Notes: a model not told the origin generated them from the sequence alone. Counted from the stretch's first letter, positions 36,170 through 45,807 are shown. The stretch: 64,000 bases of DNA from Candidatus Berkiella sp. (GCA_050247135.1 JBFWUT010000002.1:61850-125849); one strand, 5' to 3'. Numbers and translations: made by a program.

Positions 36170-37778
36170 TTTTTTACTACGCCGTCGTTTGATTAAGGGC
36201 ATAGGGATCGCCGGTCTTAGCGCTCTGGCATGGCCCTTAGTAAAATATATTTACCCGCAGCAACACCCTGCTATCACGCAAGCCGGTACGACACCCGCGC
36301 TGGCGCATCAAATCCGTGATCCGCATTTTCCACCCATTAGCCAACATGAGCGCACCCAAGTGGCCATTATTGGCAGCGGTGTGGCAGGCTTAAGTGCGGC
36401 ACGCCAGTTACAGTTAAAGGGTTTGACGGATTTTCGCGTATTAGAGCTCGAAACGATGATTGGCGGCAATGCCGCCAGTGGACACAATAGCATAAGCGCT
36501 TATCCATGGGGTGCGCATTATCTACCCGTGCCAGGATCAGATAGTGATTTTCTGTACCCTTTTTTGCAAGAAGCCAACGTGATCACAGGCTTTAATGAGC
36601 AAGGTAATCCATATTATAACGAATTATTTCTATGTCATGATTTGCATGAACGGCTTTATCTCAATGGCTCCTGGCAAGAAGGCTTGGTCCCTTTACAAGG
36701 TATTAGTGCAAAAGATAAAGAAGAGATCACGCAATTTTTTGCACTGATGACGCGTTTCAAACACACTAAAGGCCAGGATGACCGTTATGCTTTTACTATC
36801 CCCGTTGAAGCTTCATCGAGTGACCCCACTTTTGTGCGCTTTGATCAAATAACCATGGCGGAATACTTAAATGAGTTGGGTCTTTATTCACCTTATCTTC
36901 GTTGGTATGTGAATTACTGTTGCCGAGATGATTTTGGCGGAGGCATTGATAAGGTATCGGCCTGGGCTGGGATCCATTATTTTGCCTCAAGGCGTGCTTG
37001 CCTAGCGAATGATATGGATGATGCCATTTTAGTCTGGCCGCAAGGCAACGGTTTTTTGGTTGATCATTTAGCACAGCCCTTTATGGATCGCATTCAAACC
37101 CAATCTCTTGTTTATCAAGTTGTGCCTCACGCCAATCAAATGGCTGTCCATTACTTTGATGCGAAAACTCAAACTTCAGTCGAGTTACTAGCAGAGCAAG
37201 TCATTATGGCCATTCCACGCTTTGTGGCCCATAAAATTTGTCACCCTGACTTCCAAGATGCTTTTCAGGACATCCAAAAATTGGACTATGCGCCTTGGTT
37301 AGTCGCTAATATCAGTTTAAAAGCGCTACCTGTTAGCAAAGGGGCTGATCTCGCCTGGGATAATGTGTCGTATTACAGCCGTTCTTTAGGCTACATCCAT
37401 GCTAATCATCAGTCTTTGAGTGGTCATCGTGGCGAAAGCGTGATCACTTACTATTTGCCGCTTGATCATTTACCGCCTCGTGAAGCAAGACAACAAGCCT
37501 TAGCGAGAACAACGCAAGAATGGCACCAGCTGATCGTCAATGATCTTGAAACTATGCACGAGGACATACGATCTCTGATACAGGACATCCAAATTCGTGT
37601 CTTAGGTCATGGCATGATTTGCCCAACGCCGCATATGATTTCTTCGACCGTCAAACAAATCAAACGATCACAAGGCAGGTTATTTTTTGCTCATTCGGAT
37701 ATGAGCGGACTTTCACTGTTTGAGGAAGCCTATTGGCAGGGCTTACAAACAGCCAATAGACTGCTAGCGTCAGTCTAG
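36159..37778 (+). CDS. Tat-exported FAD-dependent amine oxidase (polyamine oxidase-like)
   Basis: Twin-arginine signal MSDDFLLRRRLIKGIGIAGLSALAWP. FAD dinucleotide-binding motif VAIIGSGVAGLSAARQL...ELETMIGGNA. The ATG at 36159 overlaps the upstream stop by 11 nt. It contains two in-frame copies of the CAGGACATCCAAA motif. Confidence 0.75.
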   Translation: MSDDFLLRRRLIKGIGIAGLSALAWPLVKYIYPQQHPAITQAGTTPALAHQIRDPHFPPISQHERTQVAIIGSGVAGLSAARQLQLKGLTDFRVLELETMIGGNAASGHNSISAYPWGAHYLPVPGSDSDFLYPFLQEANVITGFNEQGNPYYNELFLCHDLHERLYLNGSWQEGLVPLQGISAKDKEEITQFFALMTRFKHTKGQDDRYAFTIPVEASSSDPTFVRFDQITMAEYLNELGLYSPYLRWYVNYCCRDDFGGGIDKVSAWAGIHYFASRRACLANDMDDAILVWPQGNGFLVDHLAQPFMDRIQTQSLVYQVVPHANQMAVHYFDAKTQTSVELLAEQVIMAIPRFVAHKICHPDFQDAFQDIQKLDYAPWLVANISLKALPVSKGADLAWDNVSYYSRSLGYIHANHQSLSGHRGESVITYYLPLDHLPPREARQQALARTTQEWHQLIVNDLETMHEDIRSLIQDIQIRVLGHGMICPTPHMISSTVKQIKRSQGRLFFAHSDMSGLSLFEEAYWQGLQTANRLLASV

Positions 37779-37784
37779 ATGCAA

Positions 37785-37804
37785 AATAAGTTAATTAACT
37801 TATT
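37785..37804. promoter_or_regulatory. perfect 20 bp AT-rich palindrome AATAAGTTAATTAACTTATT
   Basis: Directly observed: the first 10 nt are the reverse complement of the last 10. It lies 7 nt after the amine oxidase stop and about 80 nt upstream of the next ORF. Confidence 0.4.
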
Positions 37805-37883
37805 TATTGGCGTCATTCCTAACTAGCCTTAACAGATTTATCGTGCTAACATCCAGCCTGCTGTATTAGTTAGGTTTAAAAAT

Positions 37884-39230
37884 ATGCCAGGCATCAATGA
37901 TAAAACCCTCACTATTGAACGGATCACCTGCGCAAACGAGCGTTCAGAAAATGATCGTGAGATTATTTCTGTCGCAGGTATGCCCTTTTATCAATCCACA
38001 GGCCAGAACTCAGCCTACACTAACACCTGGTTTCCCTTTTTTGGCATCGAACAAACCAATAGGGTCGGAGCCTATCCTCGTGGCTGGTTTATCAAATCCT
38101 TTGTGACCGATTTACCTAAATCCATCACTGACAAAATGGATGAGCTTTTTCCCTCTTATGGCGGCTTGAATGCGGGACGTGAGCTGCAACTGCGTTTTTG
38201 GAATATCCCTAGCTTGCTCTTTTCCTCAACGATCGGTGGCGGCTTATGGATTTCTGAAAAGGGCAGGGAATTCAAAACCTTTTTGAATAAAGAGTTTCCT
38301 GAATATTATCAACAGATCCCCAAGCTTGAAATAATGCCTTCATCGCAATCACTCATTGAGCCTGAACCTATCAATCAATGGTTATGTGAGAAAGCGGGAT
38401 TGGTCGATTATAAAAACCTAATGGAGCCCTTTCCCAAAACGGTTGATGACTTTTTAAAGAAGATCGCTGTGTTGGCAAAAAAACCGACAGAGCCTGCCTT
38501 TGTACCTCCGATCCCTATGTTGCGCGATCCCATAAAGGAGCTTCCTCGCTATGTGGGACCTATTCTAGATCAGCAAGCTATACCTGCTATACCTAAAGCA
38601 CTGGCAAAAAAGACGACCCAAAAAACGTCACCCAAAGCCTCTGCTAAAGTGACCATTAAACAAGTTGCTAGAAAAGCGGCGCCTAAACAGCCAGCTCCTA
38701 AAAAGGTGCGAATAGCTTCACTTGACACCCAAAATGGCAAACGACTTTTTGAAGCAAGATATCAGTTGCGCTCTATGGGACTGTGCCCAGCCCCTAAAAG
38801 AACCGATAGCGAAAAGCCCTTACAGCGGTTTTTGAAAAAACATCCCGAGCGCAAATTAGTCACAGCCCCAGCGCCTGTGAAAACCCCACTGCCTGCAGCA
38901 ACTCAACCTGAACGCCAATTATTTTCTGGCGTTGCTTTATCGTTAGGTATTCTGACTGCAGCGGTCTATTTGGCTTACGGGTTCTCACCTATGATGGCTT
39001 TAGGCCTTGGTTTCATTTGCTATGCTGGTACGGTGGCTCTGCAATTTTTGCCAACGCAAAAAGAAGCTGCTATCAAAGCACCTTCTCCTGATGCAACGAT
39101 GCCAAAAGAAACGCCGGATCCTTCGGCTAAAGTGTGGCTGCCCTCACAAAATAAAAGCAAAAAAGCGCTGGCACAAAATGCCGACCCATCACCACTTAAA
39201 AGCATTTTAAAAACCCGGATGGGTCTTTAA
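37884..39230 (+). CDS. hypothetical protein (448 aa) with K/P-rich low-complexity middle and C-terminal TM pair
   Basis: KASAKVTIKQVARKAAPKQPAPKK repeats, then a C-terminal hydrophobic hairpin (GVALSLGILTAAVYLAYGFSPMMALGLGFICYAGTVAL). Its 3' end overlaps the convergent DUF924 gene by 24 nt. Confidence 0.45.
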   Translation: MPGINDKTLTIERITCANERSENDREIISVAGMPFYQSTGQNSAYTNTWFPFFGIEQTNRVGAYPRGWFIKSFVTDLPKSITDKMDELFPSYGGLNAGRELQLRFWNIPSLLFSSTIGGGLWISEKGREFKTFLNKEFPEYYQQIPKLEIMPSSQSLIEPEPINQWLCEKAGLVDYKNLMEPFPKTVDDFLKKIAVLAKKPTEPAFVPPIPMLRDPIKELPRYVGPILDQQAIPAIPKALAKKTTQKTSPKASAKVTIKQVARKAAPKQPAPKKVRIASLDTQNGKRLFEARYQLRSMGLCPAPKRTDSEKPLQRFLKKHPERKLVTAPAPVKTPLPAATQPERQLFSGVALSLGILTAAVYLAYGFSPMMALGLGFICYAGTVALQFLPTQKEAAIKAPSPDATMPKETPDPSAKVWLPSQNKSKKALAQNADPSPLKSILKTRMGL

Positions 39231-39878
39231 AAAAGCCTGTTCTTCTGGGGTCGATTTTCGCGACAGGATTTTGTTACGGTGCGGAAATCGACCAAATTGC
39301 GCAATAATTTGCTGATGCGCTTTGGCATATTTTAAAAATTTTGCCGCTAGTGGCTTTTGTGCTGCTGGCGTGTCTTTATATAATTGTTCAAATAATGCGA
39401 CACTTTGGTTTTGATCATCAATATTTTCAGAATGTTCTAGCGGCAGATATAAAAAGACACGCTCGGTTAACGTTAACTGCTTATCCACGCCTTTTTGAAT
39501 AGCGTCTTTGGCCACTTTCAGTGCCAATTCATCATGTTGATACGCCTTAGGTGAATCACGAAACATGTTTCTAGAAAACTGGTCAATCAATATCACATAA
39601 GCCAGCGTACCACGCGGTGTTGCTAGCCAATCTTTTAACCCACCCTGAATTGCTTGTTGATATAAGTCTTTATATTGCAAGCGGATGGTATCATCGACTT
39701 CTTTGTTTTTGACCCACCACACAGTGTTTTCAAATAGTGGCGCATGATTGTGATCATATTCAAACCAATTATCTAACACCTTTTGAATGCCAAGCTCAGT
39801 TTCCGTGGGATTGGCATGAGCATTAATGGCTAAAACCAATAATGCCCCAGCACACAAGCTCATGATCTTTTTGATCAT
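39207..39878 (-). CDS. DUF924-family protein with N-terminal signal peptide
   Basis: The DUF924 core is conserved (AYVILIDQFSRNMFR...ERVFLYLPLEHSE). There is a signal-like N-terminus, MIKKIMSLCAGALLVLAINAHA. Its start overlaps the fabV stop by 4 nt. Confidence 0.7.
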   Translation of the reverse strand: MIKKIMSLCAGALLVLAINAHANPTETELGIQKVLDNWFEYDHNHAPLFENTVWWVKNKEVDDTIRLQYKDLYQQAIQGGLKDWLATPRGTLAYVILIDQFSRNMFRDSPKAYQHDELALKVAKDAIQKGVDKQLTLTERVFLYLPLEHSENIDDQNQSVALFEQLYKDTPAAQKPLAAKFLKYAKAHQQIIAQFGRFPHRNKILSRKSTPEEQAFLKTHPGF

Positions 39879-41080
39879 ACCGCAACCTTATCCAAGGAAG
39901 GGATCCCCACTTCCGGATCACAATCCTTTGCATAGTCCACACCTTCGACTTCAAAGCCAAATAGTTTGTGAAACTCGCGTCGATATCCTGCCAGATCAGA
40001 AACCGCCATGATGTTATCGGTGCTAACGGTGTCCCACAATTTGGCAACGGCTGCCTGCACTTCGGGCTTCATTTCATAATCATCTAAGCGAATAAGCCCT
40101 TGGGGATCGACTGGTACGTTCGCTTCATATAATCGGTCTTTAAATAAACGCCAAATCTGTTGGATGCAATCTTCATGCAATTGTTGTTCTTTCATCACTT
40201 TATACAGTAGAGAAATATATAAAGGCACCACAGGAATAGCGGCGCTCGCTTGCGTCACAAGAGCTTTATTAACCGAAACAAAAGCTTGCCCATCAATGGC
40301 TTTTAGGATGTTATTTAATTGGGTTGCTGTGGCCTCTAGATGATTTTTTGCTTTGCCTATCGTGCCTTCACGATAAATAGGATAGGTTAATTGTGGACCA
40401 ATATAAGAATAAGCCACTGTTTTGGCGCCATTGGCCAGCACGCCCGCTTTTAATAAAGCGTCTATCCACATTTGCCAATCTTCGCCACCCATTACCGCAA
40501 TGGTATTCTCAATGTCTTGATCTGTTGCGGCTTCTAAAGTGATATCAGACACATTACCTGTCATGACATCAATGGTTTTGCTGGTGTAAGCTTTGCCGAT
40601 AGGTTTTAAAGTAGAATTAAAGACTTGGCCCGTTTTAGGATGAATACGTCGTGGTGATGCAAGACTATAAACCACTAAATCAACGCCGCCTTGCCAATCT
40701 TGTTTAATTAATTCGATGGTCTTATTTTTAATCTCATCAGAGAACGCATCGCCATTAATGCTTTTAGCATAAAGTCCTTTTGCGTGTGCGGCTTTTTCAA
40801 AACCGGCACTGTTGTACCATCCGGTGGAGGCGGTACGTTTACCATCAGCTTCTTTTTCAAAAAATACGCCAATGGTTTTCGCATCACCACCAAAGGCAGC
40901 CACAATACGGCTCGCTAAGCCATATCCCGTTGAAGCCCCAATCACTAAGACCTTTTTCGGCGCTTTGGATAAATTTGCCTGTTTTGTCACATAATCAATT
41001 TGTGCTTTGACATGTTCTTCACAGCCCACGGGATGGGCGGTAGTGCAAATAAATCCGCGAATTTTTGGCTGAATAATCAT
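39875..41080 (-). CDS. fabV: trans-2-enoyl-CoA/ACP reductase (NADH) FabV
   Basis: The N-terminus MIIQPKIRGFICTTAHPVGCEEHV...KKVLVIGASTGYGLASRI is diagnostic of FabV/TER. The ATG at 41080 has a strong SD (AAGGA at -9). The ORF-track start at 41266 adds 62 non-homologous residues. Confidence 0.85.
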   Translation of the reverse strand: MIIQPKIRGFICTTAHPVGCEEHVKAQIDYVTKQANLSKAPKKVLVIGASTGYGLASRIVAAFGGDAKTIGVFFEKEADGKRTASTGWYNSAGFEKAAHAKGLYAKSINGDAFSDEIKNKTIELIKQDWQGGVDLVVYSLASPRRIHPKTGQVFNSTLKPIGKAYTSKTIDVMTGNVSDITLEAATDQDIENTIAVMGGEDWQMWIDALLKAGVLANGAKTVAYSYIGPQLTYPIYREGTIGKAKNHLEATATQLNNILKAIDGQAFVSVNKALVTQASAAIPVVPLYISLLYKVMKEQQLHEDCIQQIWRLFKDRLYEANVPVDPQGLIRLDDYEMKPEVQAAVAKLWDTVSTDNIMAVSDLAGYRREFHKLFGFEVEGVDYAKDCDPEVGIPSLDKVAV

Positions 41081-41204
41081 CGCTTTTCCTTCTGAAGCTA
41101 AAAATCTAGAAAAATAACTAGATCGGATGGATTTTAATGACCCATTTAGCATCAAAAAGAAGAAAATTTCAATTGAAGAGTGCCGTGAAACACGGCACCT
41201 ATAG

Positions 41205-42008
41205 CTAGTGCTTTTTTCTACCTTTACGATAGGATTGCTGCTGAGCTGACACTTGATTAGCCGCATCTTCCCCTTGAGCGATGGGTGCTGATTGCTGTTT
41301 CAAACGAGCTACCATTTTTTCATTGACTAATCGTAAACCATTTAATCGCTCTGTCAGTTCCGCTACCTGTTGTTTGGAATTTTCTTCAAGCTCTCGATTC
41401 CCTAAAACTTGTCTGTCTATTTCTGCCTTTTGTTCTTCTAATGCTCGCTCTAAGGCCTGCTGACGCTCTAATAGCTGAGCTAATTGCGACTGAGCGGCAG
41501 TATGTTCAGCGACCACGCTTTGTTTTTCATCTTCCAATTTCTTGTTTGCCGCTTCTGCCGCTGCTTTTTCTTCTTCTAAGATTCTTCTGGCCTTCTCGGC
41601 TTCTTCTTTCTGTGCTTTAAACTGACTCGCTTCATTTTGGGCTTGTTCACTTTGCTGTTTTGCCAATGCTAGTTCGTAATCCTTTTGCGTAGGCCAGCTA
41701 TTCGCCATGTCTTCGAGCTTGGTCCGAAGCGTACTACCGCCATGCAAATACAACATTGACTTTATGGCTACAACAAACTGGGACGCAAGATTATTAATTA
41801 CATAGCTTTTCAATTCATCGAAAGTGAACGCCTTAGCATTGAGCTCATCTATTAAAGGGAAGGCTGTTTTAAAATCCTTTAGTGATTTTTCGGCTTGATC
41901 TTGCCACCCACTGGGCTTATCTTTACGCTCAGCAATGTAGCCTTGTAATTCAGCCCGAATTTGTATTGCGGCTTGTTGTGGAGAAGTTAGCGAAGGACCA
42001 TTATTCAT
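41205..42008 (-). CDS. hypothetical coiled-coil protein (267 aa), effector-like
   Basis: A long Q/E/A/K-rich heptad region (AQNEASQFKAQKEEAEKARRILEEEKAAAEAANKKLEDEKQ...). No catalytic motif. Confidence 0.45.
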   Translation of the reverse strand: MNNGPSLTSPQQAAIQIRAELQGYIAERKDKPSGWQDQAEKSLKDFKTAFPLIDELNAKAFTFDELKSYVINNLASQFVVAIKSMLYLHGGSTLRTKLEDMANSWPTQKDYELALAKQQSEQAQNEASQFKAQKEEAEKARRILEEEKAAAEAANKKLEDEKQSVVAEHTAAQSQLAQLLERQQALERALEEQKAEIDRQVLGNRELEENSKQQVAELTERLNGLRLVNEKMVARLKQQSAPIAQGEDAANQVSAQQQSYRKGRKKH

Positions 42009-42120
42009 ATTGAAACTTCCTAATCAGTTTTTGCTACGGGTCAATGCGTTTGGCATCTTGCGCTAGTCAATCACTGAGATCAAGCCCGCCTAAAAAAACA
42101 TGAATCTAGTTACTCAACTA

Positions 42121-42750
42121 TTAATCAAAGGCGGTTGGTAAATCCATTTGATGATAGTGCTTAAAGGCTAACTGAATTTGTTCTGGCACCACACGGTGTA
42201 CTGACAAAGTGGGTAATTGATCTTGATGAAAAAATTGCACTTGTGTGGTTTCAATGCTGGTTGAGAGCTCACCCCCTGTGATATCAGCAAGAAAGAATGC
42301 CTTATAAGCATGAGGGAGTTGGGGCGGGTGGGAATGCTTTAACTTATCTAAAAAGGCATAGAGCTTAGTCACACGCACCTCTAATCCGGTTTCTTCTAAC
42401 ACTTCTTTTGCCGCGCACATAGCCGGTGACTCATTCACATCAGCCCAACCACCCGGTAGTGACCATTTGCCATCACTGATTTCTTTTACCATTAAGATCT
42501 GGTTACCGTCTTTAATGACGGCAACGCGCACATCCAACTTAGGTGTGAGGTAATGATCTTCAGTGAAAAAAAGCTGTTGAACTTTTTCAAAAGCTTCGAA
42601 AGATTGAAAAGCAATCATTTCCGCTGCCATGGTTTGCAAGCGCTGATAACGTTGTCTATCAAACGGATCTTTAGCAAAAGTTAAACCCGCTTGAGAAATG
42701 GATTGTAGTTCACTGGCCCATCTTAACCATTGTTCTTTATTTTCTGACAT
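42121..42750 (-). CDS. NUDIX hydrolase with N-terminal extension
   Basis: Nudix box GGWADVNESPAMCAAKEVLEETGLEV (G-x5-E-x7-REUxEExGU). Confidence 0.8.
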   Translation of the reverse strand: MSENKEQWLRWASELQSISQAGLTFAKDPFDRQRYQRLQTMAAEMIAFQSFEAFEKVQQLFFTEDHYLTPKLDVRVAVIKDGNQILMVKEISDGKWSLPGGWADVNESPAMCAAKEVLEETGLEVRVTKLYAFLDKLKHSHPPQLPHAYKAFFLADITGGELSTSIETTQVQFFHQDQLPTLSVHRVVPEQIQLAFKHYHQMDLPTAFD

Positions 42751-42869
42751 CGTTAGTATTTTAAAAATAAATAGCTATTCTACTGGTTTTTATTCTGATT
42801 CACAAAGTGGATTACTAGTTAAGTTTATGGACTCACATCAATTTTTTGGGTGTCCTATTGTCTTGCTTA

Positions 42870-44075
42870 ATGCACAAGAGTGGTATATTTTTTGGAAACT
42901 GTTTATTGAATTGCTACAATAACCTTATGCTTAACCTTCCTCCCATTCCTTCGCCACCACGTTTTGACAGCATAGCGATCGATAGCATCCGTTCAGGAAA
43001 CATTCAGCAAGCACTTTTCGCTATCGGTCGTTTAACCGCATCTGACAATATTGAAGCCGTCTATCAAGCACTATCCGCACATCATCATCCCGATCTGTGG
43101 GCTGCTTTTTTGCAGAACAGAAATATTCAAGATCCGTTATTAAGCATAAAAAATGCACTATACAAAAATTGTCATAGCTATCAGGAAAATTATTTTGTTG
43201 CTAAACATTGGGGTGATGTTGCATGGCAAATTGCAACCATCTCCAGCGTAGAACCAGGATACGCATTTAGAGACATTTTTGACGATCTATTACAATCCAC
43301 CGATAAGCGTTTATGGTTTGCATTTATTCACAACCCAGCCATTAGTCTTGCCTTAAAGAATACGCAATACTATACCCTTGTCGAAAAACTGATAGTCTAT
43401 GTTAACACTCAGGTCCCCCTCGACACCGACTGGGTGATTTTACTAATGCTTTATTTGCTCAAGGGTTACCCTTTAAATTATACGGAAAGTTTACTGCAAT
43501 TCACTCAACATTTTTCGTTGATGTTAGATTATGCTTTGTTGAAAATTTTTCAACCTCACGATCAACCCCACTCTAAAGAAACGCGCACTGAAATAGTCTA
43601 TTGGTTGCGTTTTATTATCAAAACATCACTCGCCAATGCTGAAATGAATGTGCTCACACGCAGCAAAGAGCAATTAAAAGCCGAGCTTCCTGCATTGCTT
43701 CAATATCTTGGTTCAAAATTAACCTATGATTTTTTGCAAATTTTTCCTGAATGCTTTCCTACTGCGTTAGATCACATTCATGCACAACTCCTAAACAACA
43801 AGAATTCAGCTGCTTATCGTGGGAGCGTAAGCTTAATTAAGTTATTGGCTACAGATGAAAAATTTTGCCACCTTATCACCACTGACTCAGCGTGTCATGA
43901 AGCACTGACTTCAAACCTGCCCCCCCCTGTGACTCCCGTGCGAAGGGAATCGCATCGGCCGTTTGTACCTGCCTTTGTTACTTATCAGCAGCAAACATCA
44001 ACGACTTCAACCATCGTTGATGCTTTTGCAGAAGTGGTTGATGAACCTGCCGATGCAGCCCAGCTTACATTTTAA
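42870..44075 (+). CDS. hypothetical protein (~400 aa), effector-like
   Basis: No motif. The ORF-track start at 42846 is a TTG inside a REP-like motif. The first ATG is at 42870, and another ATG at 42927 is an alternative start. Confidence 0.45.
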   Translation: MHKSGIFFGNCLLNCYNNLMLNLPPIPSPPRFDSIAIDSIRSGNIQQALFAIGRLTASDNIEAVYQALSAHHHPDLWAAFLQNRNIQDPLLSIKNALYKNCHSYQENYFVAKHWGDVAWQIATISSVEPGYAFRDIFDDLLQSTDKRLWFAFIHNPAISLALKNTQYYTLVEKLIVYVNTQVPLDTDWVILLMLYLLKGYPLNYTESLLQFTQHFSLMLDYALLKIFQPHDQPHSKETRTEIVYWLRFIIKTSLANAEMNVLTRSKEQLKAELPALLQYLGSKLTYDFLQIFPECFPTALDHIHAQLLNNKNSAAYRGSVSLIKLLATDEKFCHLITTDSACHEALTSNLPPPVTPVRRESHRPFVPAFVTYQQQTSTTSTIVDAFAEVVDEPADAAQLTF

Positions 44076-45255
44076 GGACTCTGGACGCATTTAAAGAATT
44101 GGCAATTTGATCAAGCACTTTAACTGCAACTGGGTTTTTATGAGGAACCACTTTACCTAGCGGCTCTTGCATCCGTTCTCGCATAGGTGTAATGGGGCGC
44201 GGAGGTGCCTTTTTGCCAATTGGAGGACTCGTTACTTCTTTGAATTCGGTGATTGTCGTAGGGAATCCATATTCTTCTAATTGTTGCAGTATTTTTGGAT
44301 CATACTTCCCAACCGTTAATTCAGGATGGTTTTGATGGAAGTAACACATTACGCTGTATTGCCCTGATTCAAAAAGAGCGTCCTTTTGTGCTTGCGTTAG
44401 ATCAAAATCTAAGGTTCCGACTTCTAAAGTGGTAGCAAAAATAGTATGACTCTTATAGGGACTCGAAAAGAAATTATAATCTTGTGCATTGGTAGCAGCA
44501 CCAAATTGAGCAGCCAGCGATTGAAATATGTTTTTGGGTCGCTTACGGGGTGGCTTAATACCTTTTTCATAATAATTAATTTCATTTTGATGATCTAAAC
44601 GAATGCTCAGTGTCTGAGGATTGTATTCCCCAGGATTTTTTTCAAATACTTCGGAAGGGCAATTTCGTTGCGTGCCCCCATCAAAAAATAAAGTGTCTTT
44701 GATTTCAAAAGGCGTAAAAAAGATGGGGAACTTCATTGAAGCAAAGATGGCATCCGCAATAGGCACTTCGGCATGTTCGCCTAAATGAGAAAATGTCTCA
44801 TTATAACCAGTCTCAAGGTTACAAGCCTCAACAAATATATCTTTAAATTTGAGCTTTGGATTTTTTTCTTTTAGTGCATGCCATTGTCTAAAGGTTGTAT
44901 TAGGATCACCCTCAACACCATCAATCGTCGTCGCTTCTTTAATCAGTTCTTTAAACCAGGTGTAGAATGCTTTACCCTTGAAAGCACCAAATTTATTGTC
45001 AATATTGAAGGGCACTTTTGCTTTATCAATAATATTACCCATTGCCATGGTTTCAAAATCCATTTTTGAATAAATATCTTGGATTTTTTTAACAGGCCAG
45101 CCAGTGGCTAGCAATAATGCGGCAATGGCACCCACCGAGGCACCGGCAATGCAATCAATATTGGCTAATACCCCAAGTCTTTCCAGCTCAACTGCAGCCC
45201 CCATGTAAATGTGTCCTTTCGTGCCGCCACCTTCCAATGCTAAATTTTTATACAT
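44065..45255 (-). CDS. patatin-like phospholipase (VipD/Vpd-like)
   Basis: Oxyanion-hole motif GGGTKG and nucleophile elbow GASVG. The start was placed at the ATG at 45255 (MYKNLALEGGG), which has an SD (AAGGGA). The ORF-track start is at 45330. Confidence 0.8.
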   Translation of the reverse strand: MYKNLALEGGGTKGHIYMGAAVELERLGVLANIDCIAGASVGAIAALLLATGWPVKKIQDIYSKMDFETMAMGNIIDKAKVPFNIDNKFGAFKGKAFYTWFKELIKEATTIDGVEGDPNTTFRQWHALKEKNPKLKFKDIFVEACNLETGYNETFSHLGEHAEVPIADAIFASMKFPIFFTPFEIKDTLFFDGGTQRNCPSEVFEKNPGEYNPQTLSIRLDHQNEINYYEKGIKPPRKRPKNIFQSLAAQFGAATNAQDYNFFSSPYKSHTIFATTLEVGTLDFDLTQAQKDALFESGQYSVMCYFHQNHPELTVGKYDPKILQQLEEYGFPTTITEFKEVTSPPIGKKAPPRPITPMRERMQEPLGKVVPHKNPVAVKVLDQIANSLNASRVLKM

Positions 45256-45466
45256 GTCTTTTCCCTTGACCCATGACCAAACTTGCTCAAGTATAGTGAG
45301 GCATTTGAGCATTATCATCTGGTTAAACATTCAGAAGTGAAAATCTTTAGCGCAACAAGCTTAGGGCCAATAAATCTCCGTAGACAAGTGAGGATAAACG
45401 ATTTAAAAATTGAATCTTTCACTCTCAGAAACACTCCTATAGATAATATAAATAGGAGTAAACCCA

Positions 45467-45793
45467 ATGAAAGCATACATACAATCCGTCAGTACTGTTC
45501 TAATCTTGCTACTCTCAGGTTCAGCCTTTTCAGAGGGAGTGACAAGTGGCCTACCTAGTGAAAGTGGTTCGGCAGCTAGTTCTAGCGGAAGCGTTTCCAG
45601 TGGTGTGGGAGCAGCATCCTCTGATGTGGGTTCTGTCAGTGACAAAAGCAAAGATGAAGCTAGCGCATCTACGGATGCGAGTTCTGCGCTAACTTCGCCC
45701 GCTGATAATCCCAATACGCTAGGCGAATCTCCAACAGATTCTAATAATCCCAAAAATCCCAATAACCTCGATAATAGAGCACCCAGCGAATAG
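45467..45793 (+). CDS. small secreted Ser-rich low-complexity protein
   Basis: Signal peptide MKAYIQSVSTVLILLLSGSAFS, then an S/A/D-rich disordered sequence. Confidence 0.4.
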   Translation: MKAYIQSVSTVLILLLSGSAFSEGVTSGLPSESGSAASSSGSVSSGVGAASSDVGSVSDKSKDEASASTDASSALTSPADNPNTLGESPTDSNNPKNPNNLDNRAPSE

Positions 45794-45807
45794 AGGGACT
45801 TTATATT

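Noticed and set aside
39207-39230. 24-nt convergent overlap between the 448 aa orphan ORF and the DUF924 gene as a regulatory antisense arrangement
   Set aside because: Short convergent 3' overlaps are common, and no supporting structure is seen.
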